In this document: in pieces, positions 10,717 to 23,475 of the stretch
How positions within the stretch are numbered: position 1 is the first letter of the stretch
Layout of the letters: the number at the start of each line of letters is the position of its first letter
Origin: Fistulifera solaris
Taxonomy: Eukaryota
Reading direction: 5' to 3'
Length of the DNA: 64,000 nt
Assembly (NCBI GenBank): GCA_030295235.1
Contig: AP026146.1
Location: 186,001 to 250,000, forward strand
Program-made: the position numbers and the translations under genes
Notes under the pieces: model-generated
What the model was told of the DNA's origin: nothing
Seen by the model: only the letters and a program-made list of their open reading frames with translations
Databases searched by the model: none

Positions 10717-12121
10717 TTAGGCTTCATCCAAAGCGGCAACACCTGGAAGGACCTTGCCCTCAAGGAGTTCCAAGGAGGCACCTCCACCGGTGGAGATGTG
10801 AGACATGTCCCCGGCACGTCCAGAAAGCTCGGTGGCGGCAACGGAGTCTCCACCACCAATGATAGTAATGGCACCCTTCTCTTTTGTCAAGTCAGCAAGG
10901 ATATTGACAAGGTCGAAAGTTCCCTTGGCGAACTTCTCGAATTCGAACACACCCATGGGACCGTTCATGATGACGGTTTTGCAGTCCGAAAGAGCCTCCT
11001 TCTGAAGCTTGGTGGACTCAGGGCCGTTGTCAAGTCCCATCCATCCGTCGGGGATTTCTTCGGCAGAAACAATCTTGGTGTTGGCCTCCTTGTCGAACTT
11101 GTCGGCAACAACAATGTCCACGGGAAGGATGATCTGCTTACCGAGCTTCTCAGCCTTGGCCAAAACTTCCTTGGCAGTGTCAACAAAGTCGTCCTCGACC
11201 AAAGAGGTACCGACGCTGAATCCCTTGGCCTTCAAGAAAGTGAAAACCATACCTCCACCAATGATCACCTTGTCGCACTTGTCGAGAAGGGCCTCCAAGA
11301 CGGTAATCTTGCTGGAAACCTTGGATCCACCGACGATGGCAGCCATGGGCTTCTTTCCGCTGGTGACGGCTCCATCGAGGTATTCAAGCTCCTTCGCGAG
11401 CAAAAATCCACCCACCGAGGGTTTGAGGAACTTGGTCACACCCTCCGTCGAGGCGTGAGCACGGTGGGCCGTACCGAAAGCGTCGTTGACGTAAAGGTCG
11501 AACGGAGCGGCAAGCTTTTCAACGAAAGCCGGCTCGTTCTTTTCCTCCTCCTTGTAAAAGCGGGTGTTCTCGAGCATAATAACATCACCTTCCTTGGCGG
11601 CGGCGACCATCTTGGCAACCTCCTCACCGATGCAATCGGGGGCCAACTTGACTTCCTGGCCAAGGAGCTCTCCCATACGTTCCGCGCAAGGTCCAAGGGA
11701 GAATTTGTCCTCGGGACCCGACTTGGGGCGACCCAAATGAGAGCAGACAGTGACGATGGCACCCTTGCTCTTCAAGTATTCAATGGTGGGGATCGACGAG
11801 CGGATACGGGTGTCGTCGGTGATCTTCTTTCCGTCCAGAGGAACGTTAACATCACAACGAACGAGGACTTTCTTTCCCTTAAGATCAGCCTCCGAAAGGT
11901 CTTCAATGGACTTCTTGGCATCCAACTCAATCAAAGAAGGAGCGGCAACCGAGCGGACACCAAAGGTGGCTGAAATTGGAAAGGCAGGTAATGTGAGTGA
12001 GACGACGAAAAGCATTCCGACGCCGAAACGCCGATCGACAACTCGACTTACCAGCGGGGGCGAAGGCAGCAGCAGAGCTGCAGGCAAGAAGGGCGAGAAC
12101 GGCAGAGTTGATGAACTTCAT
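10717..12121 (-). CDS. PGK: Plastid-targeted phosphoglycerate kinase
   Basis: Exon 1 12121-12052 is [23 protein letters not shown] (signal peptide + ASAFAP-type motif). Intron 12051-11970. Exon 2 has [40 protein letters not shown] and [13 protein letters not shown]. Confidence 0.97.
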
Positions 12122-12563
12122 GTTGACGGTTTGGGGATGATATTATTATAATCTTTTGTGAGAAGAGAGTTTTTGGGCAAGGAATCTTTTGCGTGTCGAC
12201 GACCGATCTGCACCTACGTAAGTGGCTCACCCCCTCGTTTTGGCCCTTCCCCACCGTAGAAAATGTAGGCGGACGACTGCTTTGTCCGCGAAAAGGACAG
12301 ACGAGAACACGTATGCATGCGACCCGTGAACCGCGCGAACTTGTAGGCGGGAGTGACGAACGATGCGCGACGTCATTATTTTTCCCGCCTGATGGCGTTC
12401 ATCTTGCCGTCGTCCGTCAACAAGCGTCCTTTCTTCGACCGCCGGTTCGCGTTTGGTTGCGTCCATCCAACACTTTTTTCAATCTTTTTTTCCTTTCTTC
12501 GGTTGTCGCTCTCCCATCGAAGCGATCGGCAACACCACAACATAACGATCATCCAACATCACA

Positions 12564-14026
12564 ATGGGCAAGAAATCCAAACGAGGACGCACCAAACAGC
12601 AGTCAGAAGAAGAGCGGGTAGCCCCGGCTCTCCGCGAACCACAAGAAGAAACACTCGACAACCTACACTTTCAAGATCCTTATCCGGAAGAATACATTTT
12701 GGACGATGAAGTCGAAGACTATGAGCAAGATGAAGAAGGTGCGGATATGGAAGTCATACAATCGTGGAATCCTCTTTCGGGACAACCTCTAGAGCCGGGA
12801 CAAGAACTCGAAATGGACCCCACGGCGTACAAAATGCATCACGCCTTGACACCCGACTGGCCGGCGTTGAGTTTTGACTTTATTCGCGATGACCTGGGAG
12901 AAGCACGGACTCGTTTCCCGCATTCTCTCATTGCGGCCATTGGAACACAAGCGGATCGACCCGACCAGAATCAATTAACTATACTAAAAATGTCGGATTT
13001 AGCTCGAATGCATGTGGAGACGGACGACGATATATTGGGTGAAGAATACAATCCGGACAAAGAAGATGACAGTGATGACGATGACGATGATTCGGACGAT
13101 GAAGTGGAACTCGATCCGATTATTGAGCATTTTTCCATTCCACACTACGGTGGAGTGAATCGGGTGAGATGTATGCCGCAGCAATCCAATATTGTGGCCA
13201 CTTGGAGTGACGCCGGAAAGGTCCATTTATTTAACGTCGAAAGCATATTACAGAGATTCAACATGGGAGAAGGAAAAGCTGTAGCATCTCCTTATGATAT
13301 TCCGAAGAAACCATTTTACAGTTACGACAAACACGGATCCGAAGGTTACGCGCTGGATTGGTCACCGGTGCGAAAAGGCGGTTTGGCGACGGGTGATTGC
13401 ACCGGCAACATCCATTTGTGGGATCCACGACCCGAGGGAGGCTACGCCGTTTCACGCTTTTACGAAGCCAAGACGTCGGATGCACCACGGTCCGTGGAAG
13501 ATTTGCAATGGAGTCCTTCCGAAGAAACCGTGTTGGCCTCGGCCTAATGTGGTGGCTATGTCCGTATTTTCGACTCGCGCGCCCCCAACGCGCCATGTTG
13601 AGTCACAAAATTCACAAAGAGTCGGCAGATGTGAATGTATTGTCCTGGAATCGTCTGGTGACGAATTTGATCGCTACCGGTGGTGATGACGGTGCCTTGT
13701 CTGTCTGGGATTTGCGACATTTTTCGGGCGATGCAGTGAAACCGTTGGCACGATTTACGCCCCACAAGACCCCCATCACTTCGGTGACGTGGCATCCGAC
13801 CGATGAATCCATGTTGGCAGCGACCGATGACGATGGCGCGTATATTTACGACCTTTCCGTCGAGGAAGACGAAACAGCTGGTCAGCTCGATGTCCCACCC
13901 CAACTGTTGTTTGTACACTGCGGCAGTCAGCAATTCAAAGAAGTGCACTGGCATCCGCAAATTACGAGCTGTTTGATGACTACGGCATTGACTGGATTTT
14001 CGGCCTTTATTCCATCGAATTTATGA
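12564..14026 (+). CDS. RRB1: RRB1/GRWD1 WD40 ribosome-assembly factor (in-frame TAA and a frameshift near 13545-13600)
   Basis: DPTAYKMHH..WPALSFD, HYGGVNRVR, EGYALDWS, SVEDLQWSPSE, DVNVLSWN, PITSVTWHP, PPQLLFVHCG..KEVHWH. Confidence 0.88.
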
Positions 14027-14359
14027 GGATATTATTCATTTTCTAACACACACACACCACTAGAGACTAATGGGCTAATATTCTCATGGTCTTTGACATA
14101 GAGTATCGTAGCGGTACTTTTCACGGTATACGGAGTTCTGTACACTGTACACAACACAATGCGACGAAACGAGTTTCCCCGCACCAAAAAAGAAATAATG
14201 GTCACATCGCACTGCGCTTTTTATCATTATTTTATTTCTTGTCGTCGTTCATTACCTGGTACTCTAGTATCCTTGGCAAAGGAGTGATCATTCGCTGGTT
14301 TTCCTTTCGTACTAACGTGCATCGATCAAATAATAAATATTGAAACTACGTGCGGAAGA

Positions 14360-16223
14360 ATGTGCAGGCTTCTGTTCCCCGCACTTTTCTGTATATTATC
14401 CTTCGCACCGCAGGCTCTGGCACTCCGCGTTCTTCCCAACGATTCGGTCCGTCGGAGTTCTGAGCGTTACAGTGAAGAACATCGACGTCTGTTTGAACAA
14501 CGATCAACGGCGTTACCTGTCACAACACATCCCGATGAACATTTAGTGAACAATCTACCACTCCTTGATTCTTTTCCCACACAACAATGGGCCGGATTGT
14601 TGCCGGCATCCTCCCCACGATGACAAGTATTTCTTTTATTGGTTGTTTGCACCCGATAATCAACAGAACCAAAAACCCGAATCCGAAATACCCTTACTGA
14701 TATGGTTGAATGGAGGACCGGCATGTTCCAGTATGGATGGGTTGTTTTTGGAAAATGGACCGTTCCGTTTTGTGGTGAATGCGGCAACCAGAGAATACAA
14801 ACTCCAACCCGACGAAGCGTACAGTTGGCACAAATTACCGGCATATACACTCTACATAGATCAACCTGTTGGGACTGGTCTCAGTTATACAACTTCCAAG
14901 AAGTATCCTACCAATGATGGGGAATTGTGTACCGATTTTTATTACTTTTTACAAGCCTTTTGAAATTGCATTCCGATAAGTTTGTAATATCGACGAACGG
15001 TCGTCCTGAAATGAATCGCGATTTGTATTTTTCGGGAGAAAGTTATGCGGGACATTACAATATTATTTACGCGAATCACATTTTACAACAAAATACACAA
15101 CCCGACAATATTCGCATTCGTATCAAAGGGGCCGCCATTGGGAATGGTTGGGTCGATCCGTATTATCAATACGCCGGTGCTGAAGCCGCGTATGGACACG
15201 GATTGATAGGAATGAGTGAAGTTGCGGCATTTCAAGAAAAAGAAATCCAGTGTCAACGGAACTTGGAACAAGAAAAATTCAGTACGGGAATCTGCTTTGA
15301 TTTGGTCGACGATATTGTCAGTCAATCCTTCGGCAAGGGCTCCAAGTACAAAATCAGTAGTTACGACATTCGACGCGTCGAAGGTCCTGGTCTGGCCAAA
15401 TTCCCACCGGGACACACCATCGTGGAAGGATATTTGGGACACTGGAGCTTGACCGGAGAAGAAGGGACACTTCCGACGATATTACGCCACGCGCCATCCA
15501 AGCCTTGCACGCGGAAGCCTCCGTCGCTTCCGGTCAGCGCTACAAAGAATGCACCGATCCACCGTACCTGGCGCTCGCCAAATTGGATGGCAAAGGTGTC
15601 GTTCCGGAGATTGTGCAAGTTTTGGAACATCCGGACCAAGTTCAAGTACTCTTTTCAATGGAATTCAAGATATGGTGTGCAACCATGTGGGCAACGAGCG
15701 ATCTCTCGAAAAATTACCCTGGAAACACGCGGACGACTGGAATGCGGCACCGCGTTACGCTTGGTCCGCTGTCGCACCCACCCAAGTATCGGGATACATG
15801 CGGGAATATCAAAATTTAAAATATTTGAAAATTTTGGATGCCGGGCACATGGTACCTTTGGACGTACCAGCGGTGGCATTTGCCATGATGCAAACATTTC
15901 TGTACGGAGGATCCTTTCAAAACAGTCAGCAAGTATTGGATCGAACGAAGAGTGCAGAGTGTCCCGTGTGTCCCCAATGTCCTGTTTACAGCAACAGCGA
16001 CGAAAACAACGAAAACAGGGGCACGTGGTCTCCTCTCGTCTTGCTAATTGCGGCCACCATAGTCGCAGGTTTCTTACTGTTCGTGGTGTTGCATCGAAAA
16101 AAAGCTGCTGTCGAACATCGGGTCACTATTCCACAACATCACGGTCTCGAGTTACAAGAATCTCGTTACACGGATGAACCCGAGAATGAAGATGCAAATG
16201 AATCACCTACAAGAGTAATATAA
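14360..16223 (+). CDS. Serine carboxypeptidase S10 family, Kex1-like, with a C-terminal TM segment (several frameshifts)
   Basis: Signal peptide, IWLNGGPACSSMDGLFLENGP, IDQPVGTGLSY, GESYAG, IGNGWVDP, AGHMVPLDVP, then a TM and an acidic tail, spread over several frames. Confidence 0.88.
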
Positions 16224-16372
16224 AGACTACTCCAACATAGAAAGTTAAACGATTCCACTCTATTTTGATATTATGCTGCGCGGCTTTTGATAGGACATAC
16301 ATGGCTTTATTCACAGAATGACAAGCATTGTTTCACACACCTGGGGTGAGTTCACATCCTTCCTCTACTAGA

Positions 16373-17514
16373 CTAAGGAAACTTGATACCCGGACGCATC
16401 GCTTCCGTATTGGCAAAATACCCTTCAAAGGTCTCTGGCTTGCGTCCAATCAACTTTTCCAAATCTTTCGAATACGACTCTTTCAATTCATCAATCCCCG
16501 ACGCTTTAATTTTTTCAAACGTCGCTGAATCCTTGACCAACCACGTCGGCAAACCCCGCGCCTTGACACTCTTGACATAATCGTGATAACCCAAGGAGAC
16601 ATGTTCAATTTCCGTTTGATACGCTTTCGACAACAATTTACACACTTCGGCATCGGTAATGGGCCCGGGTCCCGTCAAATTGTACACCTTGTTGCGATGT
16701 TCTTTGCGATTCAATAAGACGACGACGGCCGCATCGGCCACATCGTTCGGACTGACGTAATTGACGCCCATCCCGTACGATGCCGTGACAAATTTGTGTT
16801 CCTTTCTGAGCAAATCACCCTGATGCAAGAGTGGTGTCGTCATGAGATGTGACGCACACAAAATGGTGTAACTGATGCGCGAATTGAGTGGGGCCTGTTC
16901 CAACAAATCATCGCACGTGCAATGAAATTGGACAAAGGGTACTTTTTCGCGATAGACCATGCCGGCCTTGTTGTGCAAAAGGAAATTTTGATGAAATGTT
17001 CAACTTTCATGTCTTTGCATTTCAACAAAAAGGCGGGAAAGACGGACGCCCAATCATCGAGATTGGGTAGACTACAAAAGACGGTTTTAACACCTTGTAA
17101 GACAGTGTCATAGCAAGAAGCATCGGTCCAATCAAAGTCAACGACTTCGGCCCCTTTTTCTTCCAAAGCGGCCACCAATCCATCGACAAAGGGTTTATCA
17201 CCACCTCCGGGAATTTTCCCACGATCTCCTTTCCAGACCCCGACACGAACGTCTTTGTGTCCGGCTTCGAGGAGGCCTGTGTGTCAGGTATTTGTGTTTG
17301 TGTGTGTGAGTGAGTGATGACTTCGAGAGGAGGTGTACAAGCAAAGTACCCTTTTCGCTCTGCACTCGCTCTTACTTACTCGCCGCGACACGATAACCAA
17401 TCACACCCGTCCCGGAAGTCACAAAGACTTTTCCCACCTCAGCATCAAACGTGAAACGTCCTAATCCAGGGATAATATCCGCTAATCCTTTTGTGTTTTC
17501 TTGAGCAAACTCAT
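16373..17514 (-). CDS. NmrA-like atypical SDR / NAD(P)-binding protein
   Basis: VFVTSGTGVIGYRVA Rossmann motif, an intron at about 17380-17277, then YVSPNDVADAAVVVL and YNLTGP. Contains frameshifts. Confidence 0.8.
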
Positions 17515-17644
17515 GGTGGTTCTCGTGTTGTTGTTCGTATTGTTAGTTGTGGCGTTTTTGTGAGACGCGTGGGAAACGCTTTTTTGGGGGGTCTTCACCG
17601 CTTTGTTGGAGAAACGTGGAACAACGTTCGTTGGAGCTTCTGCC

Positions 17645-17704
17645 ACGTCATGTGTGTGTCCACTATCGGAGAAGGCATCATGTTACGTCAGATGTGTGAC
17701 GTCA
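17645..17704. promoter_or_regulatory. Cluster of three TGACGT (bZIP/aureochrome-type) motifs in a divergent promoter
   Basis: ACGTCA at 17645 and 17685, and palindromic TGACGTCA at 17697. Confidence 0.45.
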
Positions 17705-17947
17705 GTCATCGGAGGATCTTCAAGTGGTTGATCTGAACCCGAACCTTTCGTCCCTTGAAGCATGCGGTACCCGTCCGACAAAGTCTCAACGGTCCGCTGG
17801 AGCGAAATCATCAAAACGCAGATCGATCGAGGACAACCATAAGACCATAAGAGACGCCCAAGTAAACGAAGGACCCATCCTTGCTGCTCCATCACAAAAG
17901 GAAACCATTTCCTTCATTCCTTTTGTCATATCAGTCTCTTCAATACC

Positions 17948-19468
17948 ATGAAACAAGATGAAGATTCCGATTTAATTGATCTCTTGGGAAAAAATACCGC
18001 GGATCAATCACATCACGCGACAGAAACGATGAATTTGGATCATTTGACGACATCGGGAATCCGTGTGAAAAGTCCTAATCACCACCACAACAACAACAAC
18101 AACAAGAAGAATACGACTTATCAACATTCCGCACCCATGTCCTGTTGTGACTTTGTGATTTCCTATACAATCATGTTGTGTCAATATTATCCCAAATGTT
18201 GTGCTGGTTGTACTACGACATTCGTGGTGGTTCTCGGCCTGCTCCTCAGCAATCTTCTCTTCACTCGCACTCCTCCTGTCTTGGATGAACATGCGGTGTT
18301 GCAAATTCATTCAAAATATGATTTAACCATCAATCAAGTCGATCATTGGTGTTTGAAAGGTGGCAATGAACATTGTCGTTGTGAAGATCCGTTACAACCG
18401 ACCGGACGGACCGAACACGCTTCCTGGGTGCAAGCCGTGAAAGCCAATCAAATCATGGTGAAAAATGCCACTTCGGCAGTTGATTTAGTGATTTTGGGAG
18501 AATCCGTGGTAGAAGCTATGGGAGGACGATGGATGGGGAAATCGCGATCGTTGAAGGCCATCGGAGCCTTGTTTCAAAAGACGTTTCAACAAAAGGCCGT
18601 CGCGTTGGGCGTCGCGGGAGATACTGCCCCTAATGTCTTGTGGCGATTACTGCACGGTGAATTGGCGGTAAGACCCAAAATATGGTGGATTTCCTTGGGA
18701 ATGAATGATTTAGCCCGCATGGGATGTTCGGAAGAAATTGTCGTTTTGGGCATTTTGCGAGTCGTCGAAGAAATCATGGAACAACAACCTGCCGCACATA
18801 TTGTCATTAATTCGGTCTTGCCCATGGTGAATGTGCGGGGTGGGGCGTATCCGTTGGTGACGGATTACGAGGATGCCTTGCACTCGCGGCAGTTGTTGCA
18901 GGAAGAAGCGTTTCTGCCGGATAAAATGAATCGTCATTTGGATAGCCAGCGAAAAAAGAAAGTTGATGCGACAGCCGAAGAAATCAAAGACCCGAAACAA
19001 CTCGCCAAATTACGAGCTCAACAAGCGGAACAAGAAGAAGAACAGCGCGCTAAGACGAAGAAGAAACGTTGGAGGAAAAACCGTCGAGAACCAGTCAACG
19101 CCAAACTTGACGCCCGCAAATACACCCTCTTTCATCAAATCCCACTCTGGACCAGCATTCAAGTCATCAATCAACAATTGCGGCGCTTTACCGAGGAACA
19201 GCCGGCGCAAGTTCATTTCTTTGATGCTACGCCCTTGTTTGTTTTGGAGAAGAATGGCAAATCGCGCATCCGCAGTGATCGCATTACACTCAAGGGCTAT
19301 CCTCGCCTCGCCGGTTTTGCAGCATGGGAAGAAGCCATTTTGGCGTTTGCGCAACCGATTCTGGACGAATTGAAGCCTCCCGACAACAATAAGGACAATC
19401 CGGAGGATGATGATGATGATGATGATGACGAAGATGATTTGATTCCTATGGAAGATGATAGTGTATAG
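17948..19468 (+). CDS. Type II membrane SGNH/GDSL hydrolase-like protein (PAF-AH-like)
   Basis: N-terminal TM; blocks ILGES, GVAGDT..VLWRL and LGMNDL; acidic tail. Confidence 0.75.
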   Translation: MKQDEDSDLIDLLGKNTADQSHHATETMNLDHLTTSGIRVKSPNHHHNNNNNKKNTTYQHSAPMSCCDFVISYTIMLCQYYPKCCAGCTTTFVVVLGLLLSNLLFTRTPPVLDEHAVLQIHSKYDLTINQVDHWCLKGGNEHCRCEDPLQPTGRTEHASWVQAVKANQIMVKNATSAVDLVILGESVVEAMGGRWMGKSRSLKAIGALFQKTFQQKAVALGVAGDTAPNVLWRLLHGELAVRPKIWWISLGMNDLARMGCSEEIVVLGILRVVEEIMEQQPAAHIVINSVLPMVNVRGGAYPLVTDYEDALHSRQLLQEEAFLPDKMNRHLDSQRKKKVDATAEEIKDPKQLAKLRAQQAEQEEEQRAKTKKKRWRKNRREPVNAKLDARKYTLFHQIPLWTSIQVINQQLRRFTEEQPAQVHFFDATPLFVLEKNGKSRIRSDRITLKGYPRLAGFAAWEEAILAFAQPILDELKPPDNNKDNPEDDDDDDDDEDDLIPMEDDSV

Positions 19469-19784
19469 AAATACTGTGCTATATAGCCAGATAAGTTGCT
19501 ACAGTAGCGTTTTGCTCCTGTGTGCTAAAGTTCAACTATAGAGTAGGACGAATTTCTTCCTTAGATAGATGATGCATGCGTGACGACTTCTACGAAATCC
19601 AGTTAGTCGCGATGCGATTTTGGATCCGCACAGCGACGCGATGATTTATTATTGCACGCGTGAGACGACGCGATGACATTCCTTGGATTTCTTGGCCGGA
19701 AGTAATGAATATAGAGAGTTATAATAAACAACAACCAACAACCCATTAATCCATCATTCCTTCCGATTCATTCACAAGAACGCA

Positions 19785-20753
19785 ATGAGAAATCTAAATT
19801 CATTGCTCTTAAGTCGCTGTCCCGGCCGAAGAATATTACCGGCTAATATTATCAATCCTTCTGTAGTATTCGTATCGTCGCGCTCTTATTTGCACAACTC
19901 CACAGAAGAGCGTGTCACCTTATCCATCGATTCCGACGGTATTGCTCACGTTCAATTGAATCGACCCGACAAATTGAATGCTTTAGATTTACCCATGTTT
20001 GAAGCCCTGCAGACGGTCGGTAAAGAATTGCAATCGAATCATCATCATCGCCAAATTCGTGTCGTCATCCTTTCGGGCCATGGTCGAGCATTTTGTACGG
20101 GTTTAGACATCAAATCAATCCTCCGGAACACTAATCCTTGGCAAAGTATGGAACGATTGTTAGAACGAAATAACGGAGAAGATATCACCAATTTGGCACA
20201 AGCCGTTGCGTATCAATGGCGGCAATTGCCGGTACCCGTGGTGGCGGTCTTACACGGGATGTGTTTTGGTGGCGGTTTGCAAATTGCGTTGGGTGCTGAT
20301 TTCCGGTATTGTACACCCGATTGTCAATTGTCCATCATGGAAACGAAATGGGGTCTCATTCCGGACATGTCGGCGTCCGTCACGTTACGAGAATTGGTAC
20401 GTATCGATATCGCCAAAGAATTGACCATGACGGGGCGCATTTTGAAGGGGGAAGAAGCCGCAGCGTTGGGATTGGTGACACGGTGTGTCGAAGATCCCCA
20501 CCATGAAGCCCAGATTCTGGCACGCACAATTATTCAAAAATCACCCGATGCCGTGGCCCTGACGAAACAATTGTATCAACAATCGTGGGTCGATTGTCAT
20601 GAGACGGAAGCCTTACTGTTGGAAACGAAATTGCAACGCCGACTCTTAAAATCATGGAATCAAATGGCGGCCACGGGACGAGCGTTTGGTATTAATGTGC
20701 CCTATTGGAATCGGAATGATACGAAAGAGGAGGGTGGTGATGTCAAAGAGTAG
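19785..20753 (+). CDS. Enoyl-CoA hydratase/crotonase family, probably mitochondrial
   Basis: LNRPDKLNAL, AFCTGLD, CFGGGLQIALGADFR, METKWGLIPD. Confidence 0.92.
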   Translation: MRNLNSLLLSRCPGRRILPANIINPSVVFVSSRSYLHNSTEERVTLSIDSDGIAHVQLNRPDKLNALDLPMFEALQTVGKELQSNHHHRQIRVVILSGHGRAFCTGLDIKSILRNTNPWQSMERLLERNNGEDITNLAQAVAYQWRQLPVPVVAVLHGMCFGGGLQIALGADFRYCTPDCQLSIMETKWGLIPDMSASVTLRELVRIDIAKELTMTGRILKGEEAAALGLVTRCVEDPHHEAQILARTIIQKSPDAVALTKQLYQQSWVDCHETEALLLETKLQRRLLKSWNQMAATGRAFGINVPYWNRNDTKEEGGDVKE

Positions 20754-20761
20754 TCGTAACA

Positions 20762-22450
20762 TTATAACCCAATTTTGGTCAATGCTCCGTACAAGGGTAG
20801 ATTTTTTTGCAATTTCGCATAATAGACTTCCGATGCCATGAGTTGCAACGACAATCCAAACGTCGGGTAAGGATGCATGACGGTGGTTAATTGATCAAAC
20901 GGCAATTTGGCGGCCATGGCCACGGCAATTTCCCCAATCAATTCACCGGCCGTCGGTCCCACGATGGTCGCACCCAATATTTGCTGATTCTTTTGCGCAA
21001 CACAATTTTGAGAAATCCGTCTGTGGCACCTTCACAAATGGCGCGATCGACGTGCTTCATTTCTTTTTGTACAATGGTAATTTGGTCGGCACCGTACGTT
21101 GCCGTGGCTTGGGCTTCCGACATTCCAATCGAAGCCACTTCGGGACTCGTAAATGTCGTAGAAGGTACATGATCCAAGACCCCAGGATCAGTCAAGGGCA
21201 AGAGAATATTCCGGGCGGCAATGGCACCTTGGAATCCAGCGTAGTGTGTACTGTAGAAAAAAAAGGAAGTGTGAGAAACGACCCAATCGATCCATTGGGA
21301 TATTTAGAGACATCATAGAATGTGACTCACAATTGTCGATCCCCAGTACAATCACCGGCCGCATAGACATGTTTGACGCTGGTTTGTAATTTTTTATTGA
21401 CTTCAATTCCACCTTTGGCATTCAATCGTATTCCCGCTTCTTCCAATCCTTCGACCCGTGGAACACGTCCCAGTGCGAGCAGCAGCGTATCTCCTACGAC
21501 TGATTCGGTACTACTCCCATCGTTTGTTTGGACTTGAATCGTATGTTGCGACGACGATCCCGAGGACATCGATGCCGCTACTGCTCGACCTTGAATGATT
21601 TGAATGCCTTCCGACTCGAAGACTTGTTGCAGTGTCAACGATACTTGCGGATCTTCCGTGGGCAACAACGTCGGAGCAATGAGGGTAACTTGAGAGCCCA
21701 ATCGCGCAAAGGCTTGCGCCAATTCACAACCGACGGGACCTCCTCCCACGACAGTCAAACGTTGCGGCAATGTTGGTAATGACCAGATGGATTCGGTCGT
21801 CACGAACGGTACCTCGTTTAATCCGACAATGTGGTCGGTCGGAATCCGTGCGGTCGCTCCTGTACACAAAATAATGCCTTTCTTGGCCGTCAATGTGACG
21901 GAAGATCCGTCAGATTTGGTAACTTGCACCGTTTTATTTCCCGATGGCGACAAGAGGGCTTTACCAGAAATAATCTCTACACCGTATCGTTGCATGGCTT
22001 CGGGGGAATCATCTTCATCATAAATGTGTTGTATGTTGGCTTGAATTTGTGTTCGAATCGCCGGCCAATCGACAGTTGTTGTCGTGACAAAACCCCATTT
22101 CCGGGCCGCGTGGATTTCTTTGGCGACTGCCAGTAACGATTTGGAAGGAATGCATCCCGTCCATGTACAATCACCTCCCATACGTTCTTTTTCGATCAAC
22201 GCGACCGATTTTTGCAACGTCGTACCGATGAGTTTGGCGGCTGTAATTCCCGCACTACCTCCTCCAATAATGACTAAAAATATAATATAATATAATATTA
22301 TAGATGAGACAAGAGGAGGAAATGCTCAGCATCTTCGAAACTAAATAGAATCTATTACGTACCGACATCGTAGGACAAGGCTTCTCCGACCGAATGATGA
22401 CTCATGATAGCAATCAGAAGACTGGACCAAGAATAAAGAATATTCCGCAT
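20762..22450 (-). CDS. Class I pyridine nucleotide-disulfide oxidoreductase (MerA/LPD-like) with an N-terminal targeting peptide
   Basis: Introns 22362-22274 and 21330-21251. Motifs IIGGGSAG, GGDCTWTGCIPSK, GGGPVGCELAQ, YAAGD, FTSPEVA and HPYPT. One frameshift near 20980. Confidence 0.88.
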
Positions 22451-22750
22451 GGGTGAAAAGGATTTGAGAGAGGATCTATCGTTCTCTAGCTACCAGTATA
22501 TAGAGGTCAACACAATCGCATAATAGCTGACGATCGATCGAAAAAAAAATCTCCGCCGACACGAAAGAAATGAGGTGCGTGCGCGCGGTCTGTCCGCCAA
22601 CTCATCTGACGTTCCATTCGTGAAAAGAAGTCGCGCATTTGAAAAAATAAAACCGCAAAATAATACTCCCAAGATTTTTTTTTGGACATCACAAAAAGCG
22701 ATTTTTGTTGCCATAAAATAATAATATGGTATCCTTTCATTCATAAAACA

Positions 22751-23389
22751 ATGTCATCGATCCTACCTCTATTAATTGTCTTAGTATTATTTCGACTGGA
22801 TTCTATCCAAAGTCTCAGTCTTCCGTTTGTCATGAAACAAGCCGGGAAAACGGTCTTTCGACCCGGTGGTCAGCGAGCCCATGAGGCATTGCATCGGTGG
22901 GTCCGTGCAGATGAATTGGTGACATTCTCTCCCTCCAACGATACCATGCCCAAAACATTCCACTCCACCATCTTACTCGAAGCCATCTTGACGCATCAAC
23001 CAAACAAAGATGAAATAATTCAATCATTAAACACAAATCAAATTTTGTTACATGATGTGGTGGTGTTAACTCCTTCCGATACAATGATGCAACACGATTT
23101 GACCGAAGCGTTGGGGATCGGATTTTATGCTCTTACAACCGAAGAATGGAAATTATTGGTAGAAAGGAATGGATATCACGTCGTTCATTGTCAACAGGGA
23201 TCATTGGCAAACCCAAATTTCCAACGTCTGGTGCAAGAAGAAGGCTGGCGTCGGACATTCCGCATCGTCTGGAATTTACTCCTCCACCCGGCTTGGCGTC
23301 AACGCGTGAAAACGGCACAAAGTACCATGAAGCGTTATCACGAGTCGTTGGGTTACATATTGTTATATGCTGTCAAAAATCGACAATAA
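22751..23389 (+). CDS. Hypothetical protein with a signal peptide; remote SAM-methyltransferase-like (RPGG)
   Basis: The ORF from MSSILPLL has a hydrophobic N-terminus, VFRPGG and a C-terminal LGYILLYAVK. Confidence 0.55.
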   Translation: MSSILPLLIVLVLFRLDSIQSLSLPFVMKQAGKTVFRPGGQRAHEALHRWVRADELVTFSPSNDTMPKTFHSTILLEAILTHQPNKDEIIQSLNTNQILLHDVVVLTPSDTMMQHDLTEALGIGFYALTTEEWKLLVERNGYHVVHCQQGSLANPNFQRLVQEEGWRRTFRIVWNLLLHPAWRQRVKTAQSTMKRYHESLGYILLYAVKNRQ

Positions 23390-23475
23390 AAAACCATCAT
23401 TGGGTCTGTTTATCGAGCCTGGTGAATGGTAAAAAAAAGGCGCAATACATACGTCTCATCTATCGAGTAAGAAAA

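Noticed and set aside
10798..11973. 391-aa ORF antisense to PGK
   Set aside because: It mirrors the PGK codons. Strong codon bias in a highly expressed gene explains the lack of antisense stops, and it has no protein motifs.
13545..13547. Stop-codon recoding or an alternative genetic code at the RRB1 in-frame TAA
   Set aside because: TAA terminates many genes here, and a frameshift lies next to it, so error or mutation is more likely.
328..14026. Apparent cluster of translation and RNA-metabolism genes (microprotein, LSM1, eIF4G, RRB1)
   Set aside because: Unrelated genes are interspersed and such genes are common, so there is no evidence of a functional cluster.
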